A stretch of 64,000 nt of DNA from Eledone cirrhosa (GCA_964016885.1 OZ024741.1:356004001-356068000); one strand, 5' to 3'; shown: positions 1-20,185, counted from the first letter of the stretch. The notes: generated by a model not told the origin, from the letters alone. Translations and numbers: made by a program.

Positions 1-430
1 GGGGGCTGTCCGGCCGCTTCCTCTTCGCACCGGTCACAGTGGAGACCTCAGGCGTACTTGGACCCTCTACAGTCGAGCTCCTCTGCAAAATCGGAACTTC
101 GGTGGTCCGTCTGAAGAAGGACCCCGCGAGGTGGGGGTGTCCCTTGCAGCGGGTGTCGCTTGCCATTGTCCGCGGGAATGATTTTGCGATCATGTCAGTG
201 GGGCGCAGCCCCTCTACCGGCGCATCCTAGGCTCAGAGCACCATCATCATCACCCTCCCCCCTCCCCATTCTTCTGTGACACTAGAATTCTTGGCATTCC
301 TTCTCCTTCCTGTTTTTTTCTTTTTCTTTTTTTTTCTTTATATTTCCCTGTTTTACAATCCATTCTTCTCAATCTAAATTTTCAATTCTTTCTTCTATTA
401 AACTATATTTACACGATAAAATAAATAAGA
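1..430 (+). mobile_element. 3' end of a CRE-like (restriction-like endonuclease) non-LTR retrotransposon plus 3' UTR
   Basis: Translation ...FAPVTVETSGVLGP...LQRVSLAIVRGNDFAI matches the C-terminal F-x-P-x-x-VET-x-G...QRxSxAxxRGN motif of CRE-clade ORFs; stop at 230; T-rich UTR and AATAAA near 420. Confidence 0.7.
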
Positions 431-435
431 CAGGA

Positions 436-604
436 TCTGTTTATTTACTTAGCTATGGCCTATATTATATACTTAACTATGACTTATTTCATTTACTTAG
501 ATATGACCTGCTTATTTGATAAAACCTTTCTTTTTTTGCATTATTATCACATATTTTATTTACTACTACTCTGCTTCATTTACTTAATTATGACCTGTTT
601 TATG
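436..604. repeat. Degenerate ~22-bp minisatellite (ATTTACTTARYTATGACCT)
   Basis: Recurrent tttactta..tatgacct units. Confidence 0.55.
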
Positions 605-769
605 ATGATTTGCCCGCGACTAACCCAGGCTCTACTGCACTTCGTGCTAAAGAGGGTAAACTCTCCAAGTATCGGTCGCTCTCCGACAGGTTTGCAGTTG
701 AGCCCCTAGTAGTGGAGACTTCTGGTCTCCTTAGCCCTAGGGCTACCTCCCTACTTACCACCATAGGCG

Positions 770-772
<3 letters not shown>
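605..772 (+). mobile_element. Second CRE-like RLE-domain fragment, truncated by (TA)n
   Basis: [38 protein letters not shown] resembles the AExxKxxKY...FxPxxVETxG motif. Confidence 0.6.
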
Positions 773-1141
<369 letters not shown>

Positions 1142-1626
1142 AACATAAAATATCGAGATTCGCATTTCGGCCCACGAAATAACGAACAACAACCTCCGAG
1201 ATGTGCGGCAAGTGCTCAATGATTCAGATGAACCAGAGTTATAACAAACGTTAAAGGCCAAACACACTGAGACGATGGTTAAACAATCATTCGCATAGCC
1301 AAAAAAAACGATCAAGTAATTTGGGTATTGAAAATTAACCCGGACCCCTGGAAGGTTGGTAAAATCCAGTATATGGGTTTCTGCGGCTCCTAAATCAAGT
1401 ACCGTCCGCTTACATACATAAGGTTAGGCTTCTGGTAAGATGATTGAACAAGGAAGCCATTTTCTCAACAGGCTTTAGTTCAATGTTAATACAAGGACTG
1501 ACTATTGCTGACCCCACGTGGGAATCGGCAAGGGAGGCAACCCCTATATCAGGCGAATGAATTCAGTTGTGTATATTTTTGCAAGAATGCATATATATAT
1601 ATACATATACATATATATACATATAC

Positions 1627-1732
<106 letters not shown>

Positions 1733-1737
1733 GAATA

Positions 1738-1774
<37 letters not shown>

Positions 1775-1778
<4 letters not shown>

Positions 1779-2857
1779 ATAATAATAAATTTGAAGACTA
1801 AAATCCAAAGAGGGCTCGATAAGGATAAATATATATCAAATATATAAGAACCGTAGAGCAAATATTTATTAAAATAACAGATTAAAGTTTAAGCAAAGAA
1901 TCGCTGCTTTCACCCTTAACGGGATCTTCTGAAGTCAATCTGTAAACGCAGAAGTGGATATTTAAAAAAACGTTGCAACCGGAGGAAGACAGGAAGACGA
2001 TACACATCAAGACGTAAAATATCCACGTATAGATCGTACTATCCGTTAGGGTATAACGTGGGGCTGTAATACAGGAAAGTTTTGTGCAATTTATGTTTAC
2101 AAGCCGAAATTGCCTCAGATTTTTTGTTTAAGATGTGATCTGTGGCGTAGAGTATTTCCAGGGCCTCAGCAGCGCAGAGGTCACATGGTCTTTTATTTCC
2201 GTTATACGATCTAGCTTTAGCTAGGATCTCCCAGTTTAACTTATATTGGGTGTGGTTGCCTTTTAGACTCCAGATATAAGCTGAAAGTGACGTCATATTC
2301 CTTCTTAGAGGGCAACGAAAAGAATGGGTATGCATGTAAATACGCTGCTTGAATCTATTGGCGGTTAACCCTATGTAGGCCCGACGGTACGTGGGTGTTT
2401 CAACCTTACATTTGTAGACAATGTTACTAGAGATGCATTTCCCGGATAGGGGGCAATCACCCCGATTCCTACAATTACAGTTAGTACTAACTACAGGGTT
2501 GCACGTGTTCCTACGGCTAGGTAGTTTAGCTAAATTTGAAGCTGTGATGTTATGTGCAAGGTTAGGAGTCGTAGAGTAAGAAATTTGAATACTATTTCTA
2601 TTAAAAATTTTACTATATTTATGTGAAGGGCGAAAATGCTTCGTAATAAGGGAAAGAAAGATCTTAGCTAATGGTGTGGCCCCCTCCATATTATATGGTG
2701 GGTTATACCAACAGATGTGACGGGATCTATTTCTTCTAGGTCTATTTTCGTACTCTGTATATGCTACCTTATCGACAAATCCACTCCGAGCTTCATTGTA
2801 ATAAGTGGAATGGTCGTTGAAAATATGCTCGTTAGTAGATAGACGGGTTGTATTTTT
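1775..2857 (-). mobile_element. 5'-truncated Penelope-like element (end of RT thumb plus GIY-YIG endonuclease plus 3' UTR)
   Basis: ORF 2039-2689: KHFRPSHKYSKIFNRNSIQISYS, CNCRNRGDCPLSGKC, IVYKC..AYIG, CDLC..E; degenerate HHR-like CAGAAGA-TCCC..GGGT-GAAA near 1900-1940; flanked by (TA)n. Confidence 0.9.
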
Positions 2858-3059
2858 TAAGGGTATGTCAATATTTATTTATAAAACTGATCTATATTAT
2901 ATTTGTCTGATGAAAGCACACCATAATTTAACTTGGTGTCCTTGAAATATGTATAATGAAATAAATATGGTTTTATAAATATAGTTTCCATTTGTTAATA
3001 TCGTATGTTTACTCCAAATACTTGTTGAGTGCTTTATATCAGTTATAAAAATATTTGCT

Positions 3060-3062
<3 letters not shown>
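2858..3062 (+). mobile_element. pLTR-type tail of a different HHR-bearing family (same family as 33975-34390)
   Basis: Near-identical to 34243-34392; contains CTGATGA(2907)-AAGCACACCA..TGGTGTCCTT-GAAA(2944), with non-canonical stem III/cleavage site. Confidence 0.75.
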
Positions 3063-3112
<50 letters not shown>

Positions 3113-3219
3113 TATGAAGAGAGAAGAAACATTTAGATATAATTAGTAATAAAATGTATCATACCTAAGCTACTTCTAAATTCCTCGACTACGTAGTTTC
3201 GTGGCATAAACAAAAACAA

Positions 3220-4222
3220 TCTATATATATAAAACTGTGGTTGTCGGTCTGTCTATCGATTTTTGGCACACATCTCCTCTTAGAATCTCTCACGGAATTG
3301 CACCGAAATTGCTATACTTGTACATTGAGCCCTACCGAAGACATCGGAAAAAAAAAATTTCAAATTGACCCGCCCTATGTGACGAAATCGAATATAATGT
3401 ATCGATTTTTGAGCGTAAGTTATCAGTTATTTCCCTTTGTTCTGTTTACATTGAGCGTCTTACGTAAAAAATTACGCTGGCTTTCTCAGTCTTTGTTAAT
3501 AAATAACCAGTGCAGTTTTTATCCCCAGCATCCTCTTTTGTTATAACATTCGGGTTATCGTTATGTTTTCTTAACTTCATAAGGCATATTGTTGGTTGAG
3601 GGAATATTAATCAAAAACACCACATGCAAGTCTGCACAGTAGACACTACAGTTTTTAAGCCAAAAAAGAAACTTAACATTGTAACTTTAACACAGCTACT
3701 GAGCGACCCCGTTTTGCTTCATTTCCATTTAAAAGCATTTTAAAACAATATTTTTACTTGAAAACAAGTCTATTTAAAGACTACGTAAAACAAGCAAATA
3801 TTTCGTCGTTAGGCGTGCAGACAGACAGTCGTGCAGACAGACAGTCGTGCAGAGAGGTGATATAGGCGTGCAGACAGACAGTCGTGCAGAGAGGTGATAT
3901 AGGCGTGCAGACAGACATAACTGATAATTTGGTTACGCTAATGTTTTTCTCTGCGTTGCAGTGTTTACATTTTCGATCTTTGTTAATAAATAACCAGTGC
4001 AGTTTCTATCCCCAGCATCCTCTTTTGTTATAACATTCGGGTTATCGTTATGTTTTCTTAACTTCATAAGGCATATTGTTGGTTGAGGGAATATTAATCA
4101 AAAACACCACATGCAAGTCTGCACAGTAGACACTACAGTTTTTAAGCCAAGAAAGAAACTTAACATTGTAACTTTAACACAGCTACTGAGCGACCCCGAG
4201 CAACGCCGGGCTTTACTGCTAG
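3220..4222 (+). mobile_element. Non-autonomous Helitron
   Basis: Starts TC(TATATATATAAAA), ends with hairpin ccccgagcaacgccggg then CTAG; inserted between A and T without TSD (empty site visible at 4810-4825); internal ~220-bp duplication 3490-3710/3978-4198 and 31-bp subrepeats at 3810-3917. Confidence 0.85.
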
Positions 4223-4779
4223 TATATCATAAAGATATAGAGTCCTTGCGAGGTCTGCCGACTTATCAAGAGGATACCTCATTTTACTAGTCTCAAGAAC
4301 GCGTCTACAGGACGTGAGAAAGAATCCCAAAAGGCGGAGGGGGAGATAGTCACGCGATATAACGGTCGAGAAACAGAGCTAAGCCTCTTATAACCCCGAA
4401 GAAAATACCACGGAGGCGGAGGGGGTATTCATATCGAGGCCGTAGAAGAGGTGGTGAAGGAGGCGAGAAGTATGAGTAATGGAAGCTTTCCAGCTGTCCC
4501 CACACTTCAAAGATTGCTCGACCAGAGGGAGTTATTAACAATATATTTAGAAACACACAGATACATGCGGACACACACATATATACATGAATGCATCCGC
4601 ACCCAACAGTGAGTTAAGGGTGCCAACTTCACCGATGTTGCTCAATGAATGACTGGGACAAACCAATTCAGTTGAACTAGACTGAACCAGTATCAGAGTT
4701 AAAAATACATTATGAAGAGAGAAGAAACATTTAGATATAATTAGTAATAAAATGTATCATACCTAAACTGCTTCTAAAT

Positions 4780-4869
4780 TCCTCGACTACGTAGTTTCGT
4801 GGCATAAACAAAAACAATATATCATAAAGATATAGAGTCCTTGCGAGGTCTGCCGACTTATCAAGAGGA
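4780..4869 (-). ncRNA. Type I hammerhead ribozyme, U3:A8 core
   Basis: Minus strand: UCCUC-UUGAUAA-GU(C)GGCA..UGCCAC-GAAA-CUACGUAG-UC/GAGGA; GUC site; palindromic stem-loop III. Confidence 0.85.
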
Positions 4870-5096
4870 TACCTCATTTTACTAGTCTCAAGAACGCGTC
4901 TACACGACGTGAGAAAGAATCCCAAAAGGCGGAGGGGGAGATAGTCACGCGATATAACGGTCGAGAAACAGAGCTAAGCCTCTGTCCCAGTCATTCATTG
5001 AGCAACATCGGTGAAGTTGGCACCCTTAACTCACAGTTGGGTGCGGATGCATTCATGTATATATGTGTGTGTCCGCATGTATCTGTGTGTTTCTAA

Positions 5097-5177
<81 letters not shown>

Positions 5178-5184
<7 letters not shown>

Positions 5185-5377
5185 TAAACAAATAATGAAT
5201 AAACAATTCCTTATATTAAACAAAAATTATTTGTTTAATATTTTATCTTGACTCTGTATACCGTTTATCTTTCACCGAAAGTGGTTTTTCATTACATCTC
5301 TTCTTTCCATGATATCCGGAATACATTGAGTTCTTCATACGGATTGGACACTACCGTAAACTCTTGGTAGATTTATC

Positions 5378-5381
<4 letters not shown>
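5178..5381 (+). mobile_element. Tiny 3'-tail insertion with 5' inversion, same family as PLE 7248-11947
   Basis: Matches ~11800-11946 and ends at the same ggtagatttatctaca|TA junction. Confidence 0.75.
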
Positions 5382-5424
<43 letters not shown>

Positions 5425-5437
5425 ATATATGTATATA

Positions 5438-5535
<98 letters not shown>

Positions 5536-6346
5536 TAAATGTGTGTAATCCTTGGTACAGTTAGGTATATTAAGACAGGGGGGAAGATAAAATGGCTTCA
5601 CTTGTGCTTTCAACAAATTTATTTTCTTCACAAAATCCCAAAAAAAATTTTTCTTAAAAGAATTATTTTATAAATTAAGTTGTTGGTTGTTGCTTAGGTC
5701 TTAGGAGATCTTGGTTAACGTATGAGGTATTGTTTCGTTTTTAGAAAGACCTTTCACGCTGAGGTGAGCTTGTCAAACTGATCTGTATGTGGTGTGTTGT
5801 TCTATATATAGGGATTTAACATGTCTGTGGTGTGGTGGGGGTTTCTTTTCTCCCCCTTTAATAAGTGCATGGGTGTAGGTGTGTTGAAAAAGTGTTCATA
5901 GCAGTAATGAGTTGAGACGGTGAGTAGGGTTGGGTGGGGAGAAATGTAGCAAGTGCGGCCTGCCCCGGTCATTCTCGAAAAATTCCTTTATTCAGGGGAA
6001 AAAGCTTTTAGTATTGCTTTTGTGTTGAGAATGGTCACAGGCAAATCGCACCTGTCAAGTTTGTGAATAATTCTTTTTTTCTTTTTTTCCCGAAGAATTT
6101 TTCTACGTCCATCCCAAAGTTAGTCCTTTGTTCAACACACACATATATGTGCGCATACACGTACATACACACACGGGCATATGTAGGAATATATAGGCAC
6201 ACACCATCAATCACACACCCATGTACAAATACATCCACATACATACACAAAAACATATAGAGACACATATAAAAACACACATACACATACGTACACACAC
6301 GAATATGTACTCATACCTCCACATGGGTATATATATATATACATAT

Positions 6347-6437
<91 letters not shown>

Positions 6438-6475
6438 CATATACACATATACACACACACGTATAAATATATATA

Positions 6476-6507
<32 letters not shown>

Positions 6508-6599
6508 CATATATACATACATATACATACATACATACATATACATACCTATACACACATAAAGATACATAACTAAATATACATGTATACACATACACG

Positions 6600-6634
<35 letters not shown>

Positions 6635-6645
6635 GCGCGCACGTG

Positions 6646-6681
<36 letters not shown>

Positions 6682-6908
6682 TGTGTCCGTATATATACCC
6701 CTCCGTTCACACATACAAGCATACACACACACACATACACACATACATCTATATATATATACACATACATACACATACACATACACATACAAGTACATAC
6801 ATACACACATACATACATACACATACATGTACATACAGACACATATATATATATATATATACATATATACATACATATACATATACATATATATACACAT
6901 ACACACAC

Positions 6909-6946
<38 letters not shown>

Positions 6947-7174
6947 GTGTGCGTACACACGAGCACATAAAGACACATATACACATACACACATATATAC
7001 ATATATATACATATATATACACATACATCTACATACATACATATACACAAACAGAAACATACACATATGTACACACATATATACATATATGCACATACAT
7101 ACACACACACACACACACACATATATGTAGGTACATACACATACATACACACACACATAAACATACATATCTAT

Positions 7175-7250
<76 letters not shown>

Positions 7251-7308
7251 TATTAAAAAAATAATGAATAAACAAAGAAACAGTTCCTTATATTAAACAA
7301 AAAAAGTT

Positions 7309-7447
7309 CATTATTTTACGATCGTTTCTAGGACATATATGTGTTAGAATTGGTATGCATATTCAAAAGATCTATGTACAAAATTATACAAACTATCAAA
7401 GAGAATATACATACCTTCACATATATATGCTGTCTTCAGAAATAATG
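7309..7447 (-). ncRNA. Type I HHR (inverted copy of 11609-11747)
   Basis: Reverse complement of 11609-11747. Confidence 0.75.
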
Positions 7448-7694
7448 ATGCATATTTATTGATAATAATAACAATTCAAAATTTCAGGTCTGTTTGGGAA
7501 CAGATTTTAAATAGACCAATGAAATACATAAAAATTTATCAAGAAAATACAGTTAGGTGTGTGTATATATGTATGTAAATCCGTTCACAGATGTGCATAA
7601 AAATGCATGTTCATATGTATACGTATGTTGAAAAAGTGTATGTAAATATAAAAACTTAGGGCTAATGTATCTGTATGTCTACAATCTACAGACA

Positions 7695-7735
<41 letters not shown>

Positions 7736-8181
7736 CATACATGCATACACACACATATATACATACACATACATATATACATTTAGATGCAGAAGTAAAG
7801 GAGGTAAGGGAGTAAGTAATTAAAGGAAAGTGTCAATCTCGACACATTTATAAAAATGTATCCATAAAATTAGAAATAAAAATTTTTTTTTATAGAAGGA
7901 AAAAACTCAAAAAAAGGGGGAACAAAAAAATAGGGGGTGGGGCTTGGTACGTACATACACAGACGCGAATGTCTCACAAAAGAAATATAAAAAAACATAA
8001 AAAACATAAAATAGAGACATAAAATATACATGTTTATATACATACGCACATTTACACATCCATACGTTCGATACATACATACGTAACACACACACACATA
8101 CACATACTTAACCGCATATTGACCTGTTAGTATGCATACACATAAAAATAAGTAAAACATATACCCATACATATAAATACA

Positions 8182-8241
<60 letters not shown>

Positions 8242-8396
8242 TATATACACATATATACACACATATATATATACATACATATATATATATATACATATAT
8301 ATACATATATACATATATATACACACACACACACACACATACCCATGTATATATACACAACCACACACACTCAGACATACATATATATAGAGACAT

Positions 8397-8461
<65 letters not shown>

Positions 8462-9209
8462 CACACAGTCAGACACATATGCACATATATACACATACAT
8501 ATACACATCTCTACAAATACATATACATACACATACATACATACACATATATATACACATATATATATATATATATACACTCATACACGCACATTTACAT
8601 GCGCACATATGTATTTTTATACTCACATACAAACACACAAACATACATACACACTTACATACATATACATACATGCACGCTTACAAATAGAAATAATTAT
8701 TGGGGGAGGAAGGGGGATTAAAATATAATTAAATTAAAATATAAGTGCCTATAATGCATATAAATGTAAAAAAACCATAAGTATACCACCAATACATCAT
8801 ACTAACCATAATATCTCCTCAAATACAGAATTAACGAAAGGTTGTAACTGTAGAAACAAGGCAAACTGCCCATTAAAAGGAAATTGTCTTGTTAACAACA
8901 TAGTTTATAAATGTAAAGTTAAAACTAAGGATTCTATTTGCTCATATATAGGAGCTATTTCTAACAATTTTAAGGTAAGGTTTAATACCCACAAACATAG
9001 TTTTAAAAATGCCGCACTGGCTAATACAACATCTCTAGCAGAAAAAATTAATAGTTATAGAAATAAGAATATAGAATATGATATGACCTGGAGTGTGCTC
9101 AAAAGAGCCACCCCTTATCAAAATAATAGAAATGAATGTAGATTGTGTTCCCAAGAACTATTTGAAATAATGAAATCTAAGGATATCCTATTAAATAAGC
9201 GACAGGAAT

Positions 9210-10240
9210 TAATTATATCGTGTAATCATAAACTGAGAAAAACATTTAAATATTATAAACCTAATTAATAATATATATTTTAGAAATTAATATATAAATT
9301 AATTTTAATGTAGTTAACCTATAATTTTAATTTAATTAAAATTCTACTACAGATGAAATTAAAAAATATCGTATATCATAAACTGTGAAAAACATTTAAA
9401 TATTATTAACATAATTAATATATACTTTGGAAATTAATATATACATTAATTTTAGTTTATTTAACCTATTATTAAAATTCTTTTACAGATGAAATACAAC
9501 AAAACATCGTGTAATTAATAACGGAGAAATACTTTTTTAATATTATAAACCTAATTAATATACAATTTAGAAATTAATATATAAATTAATTTTAATTTAG
9601 TTAACCTATAATTTTAATTTAGTTAGCTTATAATTAAAATTCTAATACAGATGGATTGCAGAATATCATGTAATCATAAACTGAGAAAAACTTTTAAATA
9701 TATACCTAATTAATATACACTTTACAAATTAATATATAGATTAATTTTAATTTAGTTAACCTATAATTAAAATTCTACTATAGATAAAATACAAAATTTT
9801 GCTTTAATTATTATAAACCTAATAAACATATACTATAGAAATTAATATATAATTTTTAATTTAGTTAACCTATAATTAATATTCTACTACAGATGAAATA
9901 CTTAATTTGGCTTTCCCTATTACAAAATTCATTTCCTAAAATTGATACCATCATGTTAATATATGTAATTATTTTAATTTAGTTATGCTATAATTAATAC
10001 TCTACTACTGTTTAACTTCAAAATTCCGCTTTAAATATTATAAACCTAAGTAGTATACACCTTAGAAATTAATATATTAACTATTTTTATTTTAGTTAAC
10101 CTATAATTAATATTCTACTTATATTAAAATACATAATTTAGCCTTCTTTCTTACATATACCATTTCCTAAAACTGATACAACTATGTAAACACATATAAT
10201 GATTTAACTGCAGATTAATATTCTATGTTCCTTGAAACCT
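9210..10240 (+). repeat. Degenerate ~120-155-bp tandem repeat derived from the end of the GIY-YIG ORF
   Basis: atcgtgtaatcataaactgagaaaaacatttaaatattataaacctaattaa and ttagttaacctataatt recur about 7 times. Confidence 0.8.
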
Positions 10241-10414
10241 ATACATTTACTATTTCCCACTAATAATTTTAATCCCCCTCCCCCCCCCCCAATAATTATT
10301 TGTATTTGTAAGCGTGCATGTATGTATATGTATGTAAGTGTGTATGTATGTTTGTGTGTTTGTATGTGAGTATAAAAATACATATGTGCGCATGTAAATG
10401 TGTGTGTATGAGTG

Positions 10415-10445
<31 letters not shown>

Positions 10446-10728
10446 GTGTATGTATGTATGTGTATGTATATGTATTTGTAGAGATGTGTATATGTATGTG
10501 TATATATGTGCATATGTGTCTGACTGTGTGTATTTATATATATATATATATATATGTGTGTGTATGTCTCTATATATATGTATGTCTGAGTGTGTGTGTG
10601 TGTGTGGTTGTGTATATATACATGGGTATGTGTGTGTGTGTGTATATATATATATGTATATATGTATATAAATGTATATATATATATATATATGTATGTA
10701 TATATATGTGTGTATATATGTGTATATA

Positions 10729-10774
<46 letters not shown>

Positions 10775-11328
10775 TGTATTTATATGTATGGGTATATGTT
10801 TTACTTATTTTTATGTGTATGCATACTAACAGGTCAATATGCGTGAGGTTAAGTATGTGTATGTGTGTGTGTGTACGTATGTATGTATCGAACATATGGA
10901 TGTGTAAATGTGCGTATGTATATAAGCATGTATATTTTATGTCTCTATTTTATGTTTTTTATGTTTTTTTATATTTCTTTTGTGAGACATTCGCGTCTGT
11001 GTATGTACGTACCCCCCCCTATTTTTTGTTCCCCCTTTTTTTGAGTTTTTTCCTTCTATAAAAAATTTTTTTTATTTCTAATTTTATGGATACATTTTTA
11101 TAAATATGTCGAGATTGACACTTTTCTTTAATTACTTACTCACCTCCTTTACTTCTGCATCTAAATGTAAGTGTGTGTGGGCGTGTTTATGTGAGCGCCT
11201 CAATATCCATATATTTATAATAATAATATATATATATGTATGTGTGTGTGTATGCATGTATATATATATATATATGTATATATGTATATATGTATGTGTA
11301 TGTATATATGTGTGTGTATGCATGTATG

Positions 11329-11359
<31 letters not shown>

Positions 11360-11608
11360 TCTGTCTGTAGATTGTAGACATACAGATACATTAGCCCTAA
11401 GTTTTTATATTTACATACACTTTTTCAACATACGTATACATATAAACATGCATTTTTATGCACATCTGTGAACGGATTTACATACATATATACACACACC
11501 TAACTGTATTTTCTTGATAAATTTTTATGTATTTCATTGGTCTATTTAAAATCTGTTCCCAAACAGACCTGAAATTTTGAATTGTTGTTATTATCAATAA
11601 ATATGCAT

Positions 11609-11747
11609 CATTATTTCTGAAGACAGCATATATATGTGAAGGTATGTATATTCTCTTTGATAGTTTGTATAATTTTGTACATAGATCTTTTGAATATGCA
11701 TACCAATTCTAACACATATATGTCCTAGAAACGATCGTAAAATAATG
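11609..11747 (+). ncRNA. Type I HHR with ~100-nt extended stem II
   Basis: CAUUAUUU-CUGAAGA-[..cauauauaugug..cacauauaug..]-GAAA-CGAUCG-UA/AAAUAAUG; 8-bp stem I; palindromic loop III. Confidence 0.8.
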
Positions 11748-11949
11748 AACTTTTTTTGTTTAATATAAGGAACTGTTTCTTTGTTTATTCATTATTTTTT
11801 TAATAATTTATCTTGACTCTTTATTCCGTTTATCTTTTACCGAAAGTGATTTTTGACTGCATCTCTTCTTTTCATGATATCCGGATTACATTGAGTTCTT
11901 CATACGGATTGGACACTACCGTAAACTTTTGGTAGATTTATCTACATAC

Positions 11950-11981
<32 letters not shown>

Positions 11982-12051
11982 CACACATATATATACAAAC
12001 ATACACATACATACATGTACATATACACATATATACACACATACACACATA

Positions 12052-12115
<64 letters not shown>

Positions 12116-12137
12116 TACAAACATACACACATCCATA

Positions 12138-12171
<34 letters not shown>

Positions 12172-12870
12172 TACACACACCCACATACATATATACCCAC
12201 ACGTACATACATCCATACATCCCTACACACATATATGTGTGTGTGTCTCACCGTTTACTCAGATATTCATGTGTATACATAAGAAGAGGGGGGGGGGTTA
12301 GTGAAATGTAATTTTACCCCCGAGTGTTAGTTCATTTTTTCGTGTTCAGTAGTGGTTTAAATTTTTCAATGAAGAATTCTTCTTTATATCTGCGGAAATG
12401 TTCGTTATCCGACCATATCTTGAAGAAAGAGAAGATTGTGAATTTTCCCTTCCCGCATGATGCAAAGTGTGCGCTACATGTGGTATTTCTGACTGTGGGG
12501 TCTTTAATTTGTTGTTTATGTACCCGGACTCTATCATGTAATCCCGTTCCGGTTTCCCCAATGTAATACTCTTTACACTGTGGACATGTTGCGCAATATG
12601 TTAGGTTTTTCGTTTTGCAGTTCATGTTAGCATTGACCTTGAAATTATCATGGTTTTTGAAGGACAACTGTTTGCCCTCTTCGATGAGTTCACAGGTTCC
12701 ACATCTAGGGTCCCCGCATTTCGTCACTTGCATTGATTCCATGTTGGTCGTAAATTTTGCCTTGGTAATTAGTTTTTTAAGGTTGGGTGCTTGGCGTCTG
12801 CTATAAATTATCTGTGTGTTTTTTAAGAGTGCATTCATTTTGGTAGATTGTATGTATGTATATGTATGTA

Positions 12871-12941
<71 letters not shown>

Positions 12942-12988
12942 ATATATATTTATATGTGTGTGTGTATATGTGTGTGTATGTGTATATG

Positions 12989-13057
<69 letters not shown>

Positions 13058-13833
13058 ATATGTATATATATATATACCCATGTGGAGGTATGAGTACATA
13101 TTCGTGTGTGTACGTATGTGTATGTGTGTTTTTATATGTGTCTCTATATGTTTTTGTGTATGTATGTGGATGTATTTGTACATGGGTGTGTGATTGATGG
13201 TGTGTGCCTATATATTCCTACATATGCTTGCGTGTGTGTGTACGTGTATGCGCACATATATGTGTGTGTTGAACAAAGGACTAACTTTGGGATGGACGTA
13301 GAAAAATTCTTCGGGAAAAAAAGAAAAAAATAATTATTCACAAACTTGACAGGTGCGATTTGCCTGTGACCATTCTCAACACAAAAGCAATACTAAAAGC
13401 TTTTTCCCATGAATAAAGGAATTTTTCGAGAATGACCGGGGCAGGCCGCACTTGCTACATTTCTCCCCACCCAACCCTACTCACCGTCTCAACTCATTAC
13501 TGCTATGAACACTTTTTCAACACACCTACACCCATGCACTTATTAAAGTGGGAGAAAAGAAACCCCCACCACACCACAGACATGTTAAATCCCTATATAT
13601 AGAACAACACACCACATACACATCAGTTTGACAAGCGCACCTCAGCGTGAAAGGTCTTTCTAAAAACGAAACAATACCTCCTACGTTAATCAAGAACTCC
13701 TAAGACCTAACCAACAACCAACAACTTAATTTATAAAATAATTTTATTCAAGAAAAATTCTTTTGGGATTTTGTGAAGAAAATAAATTTGTTGAAAGCAC
13801 AAGTGAAGCCATTTTTTCTTCCCCTCTGTCTTA

Positions 13834-13868
<35 letters not shown>

Positions 13869-13877
13869 GCCCATTTG

Positions 13878-13945
13878 TATTGCCAGTGTCGGTAGAGGGT
13901 CGGATATCATTCTGAGTTCAAATCCCGCCGAGGTCAACTTTATTT
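13878..13945 (+). mobile_element. 5' fragment of tRNA-derived Nin-type SINE
   Basis: gtcggtagagggtcgg..ctgagttcaaatcccgccgaggtcaac. Confidence 0.65.
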
Positions 13946-13966
13946 TCATTTCTTTATTTTCATTTA

Positions 13967-18903
<4,937 letters not shown>

Positions 18904-18914
18904 TATATATATAT

Positions 18915-20110
<1,196 letters not shown>

Positions 20111-20185
20111 GAGGTAACACTTGTAAATGTTTGATTGTTTGTTGCAGTTTTAGTTTGGTCCGATTTTATACATATATATATATAT

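Larger units (their letters stand above)
3110..5103 (-). mobile_element. Non-coding retrozyme-like element: ~595-bp unit x ~1.5 with HHR, 5' inversion, interrupted by a Helitron
   Basis: 3110-3219 plus 4223-4385 repeats at 4708-4982; 4983-5103 is the reverse complement of ~4540-4660; (TA)n on both sides. Confidence 0.8.
7248..11947 (+). mobile_element. Inner 5'-truncated PLE (GIY-YIG fragment ~8740-9268, long 3' UTR, ~1.5-kb inverted pLTR)
   Basis: GCNCRNKANCPLKGNC..IVYKC..SYIG..ECRLCSQE; 7248-8715 is the reverse complement of ~10275-11808. Confidence 0.85.
5532..13832 (-). mobile_element. Outer 5'-truncated PLE (GIY-YIG ORF 12332-12838, microsatellite-rich 3' UTR, ~1-kb inverted pLTR at 5' end) with a nested PLE
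   Basis: ORF has RRQAPNLKKLITKAK, KCGDPRCGTC, YCATCPQCKEYYIGETG...RVRVH; 12850-13830 is the reverse complement of ~5563-6540; degenerate HHR UUGACAA-GC(G/U)C..GCGU-GAAA at ~5743-5780(-) and ~13625-13662(+). Confidence 0.8.
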
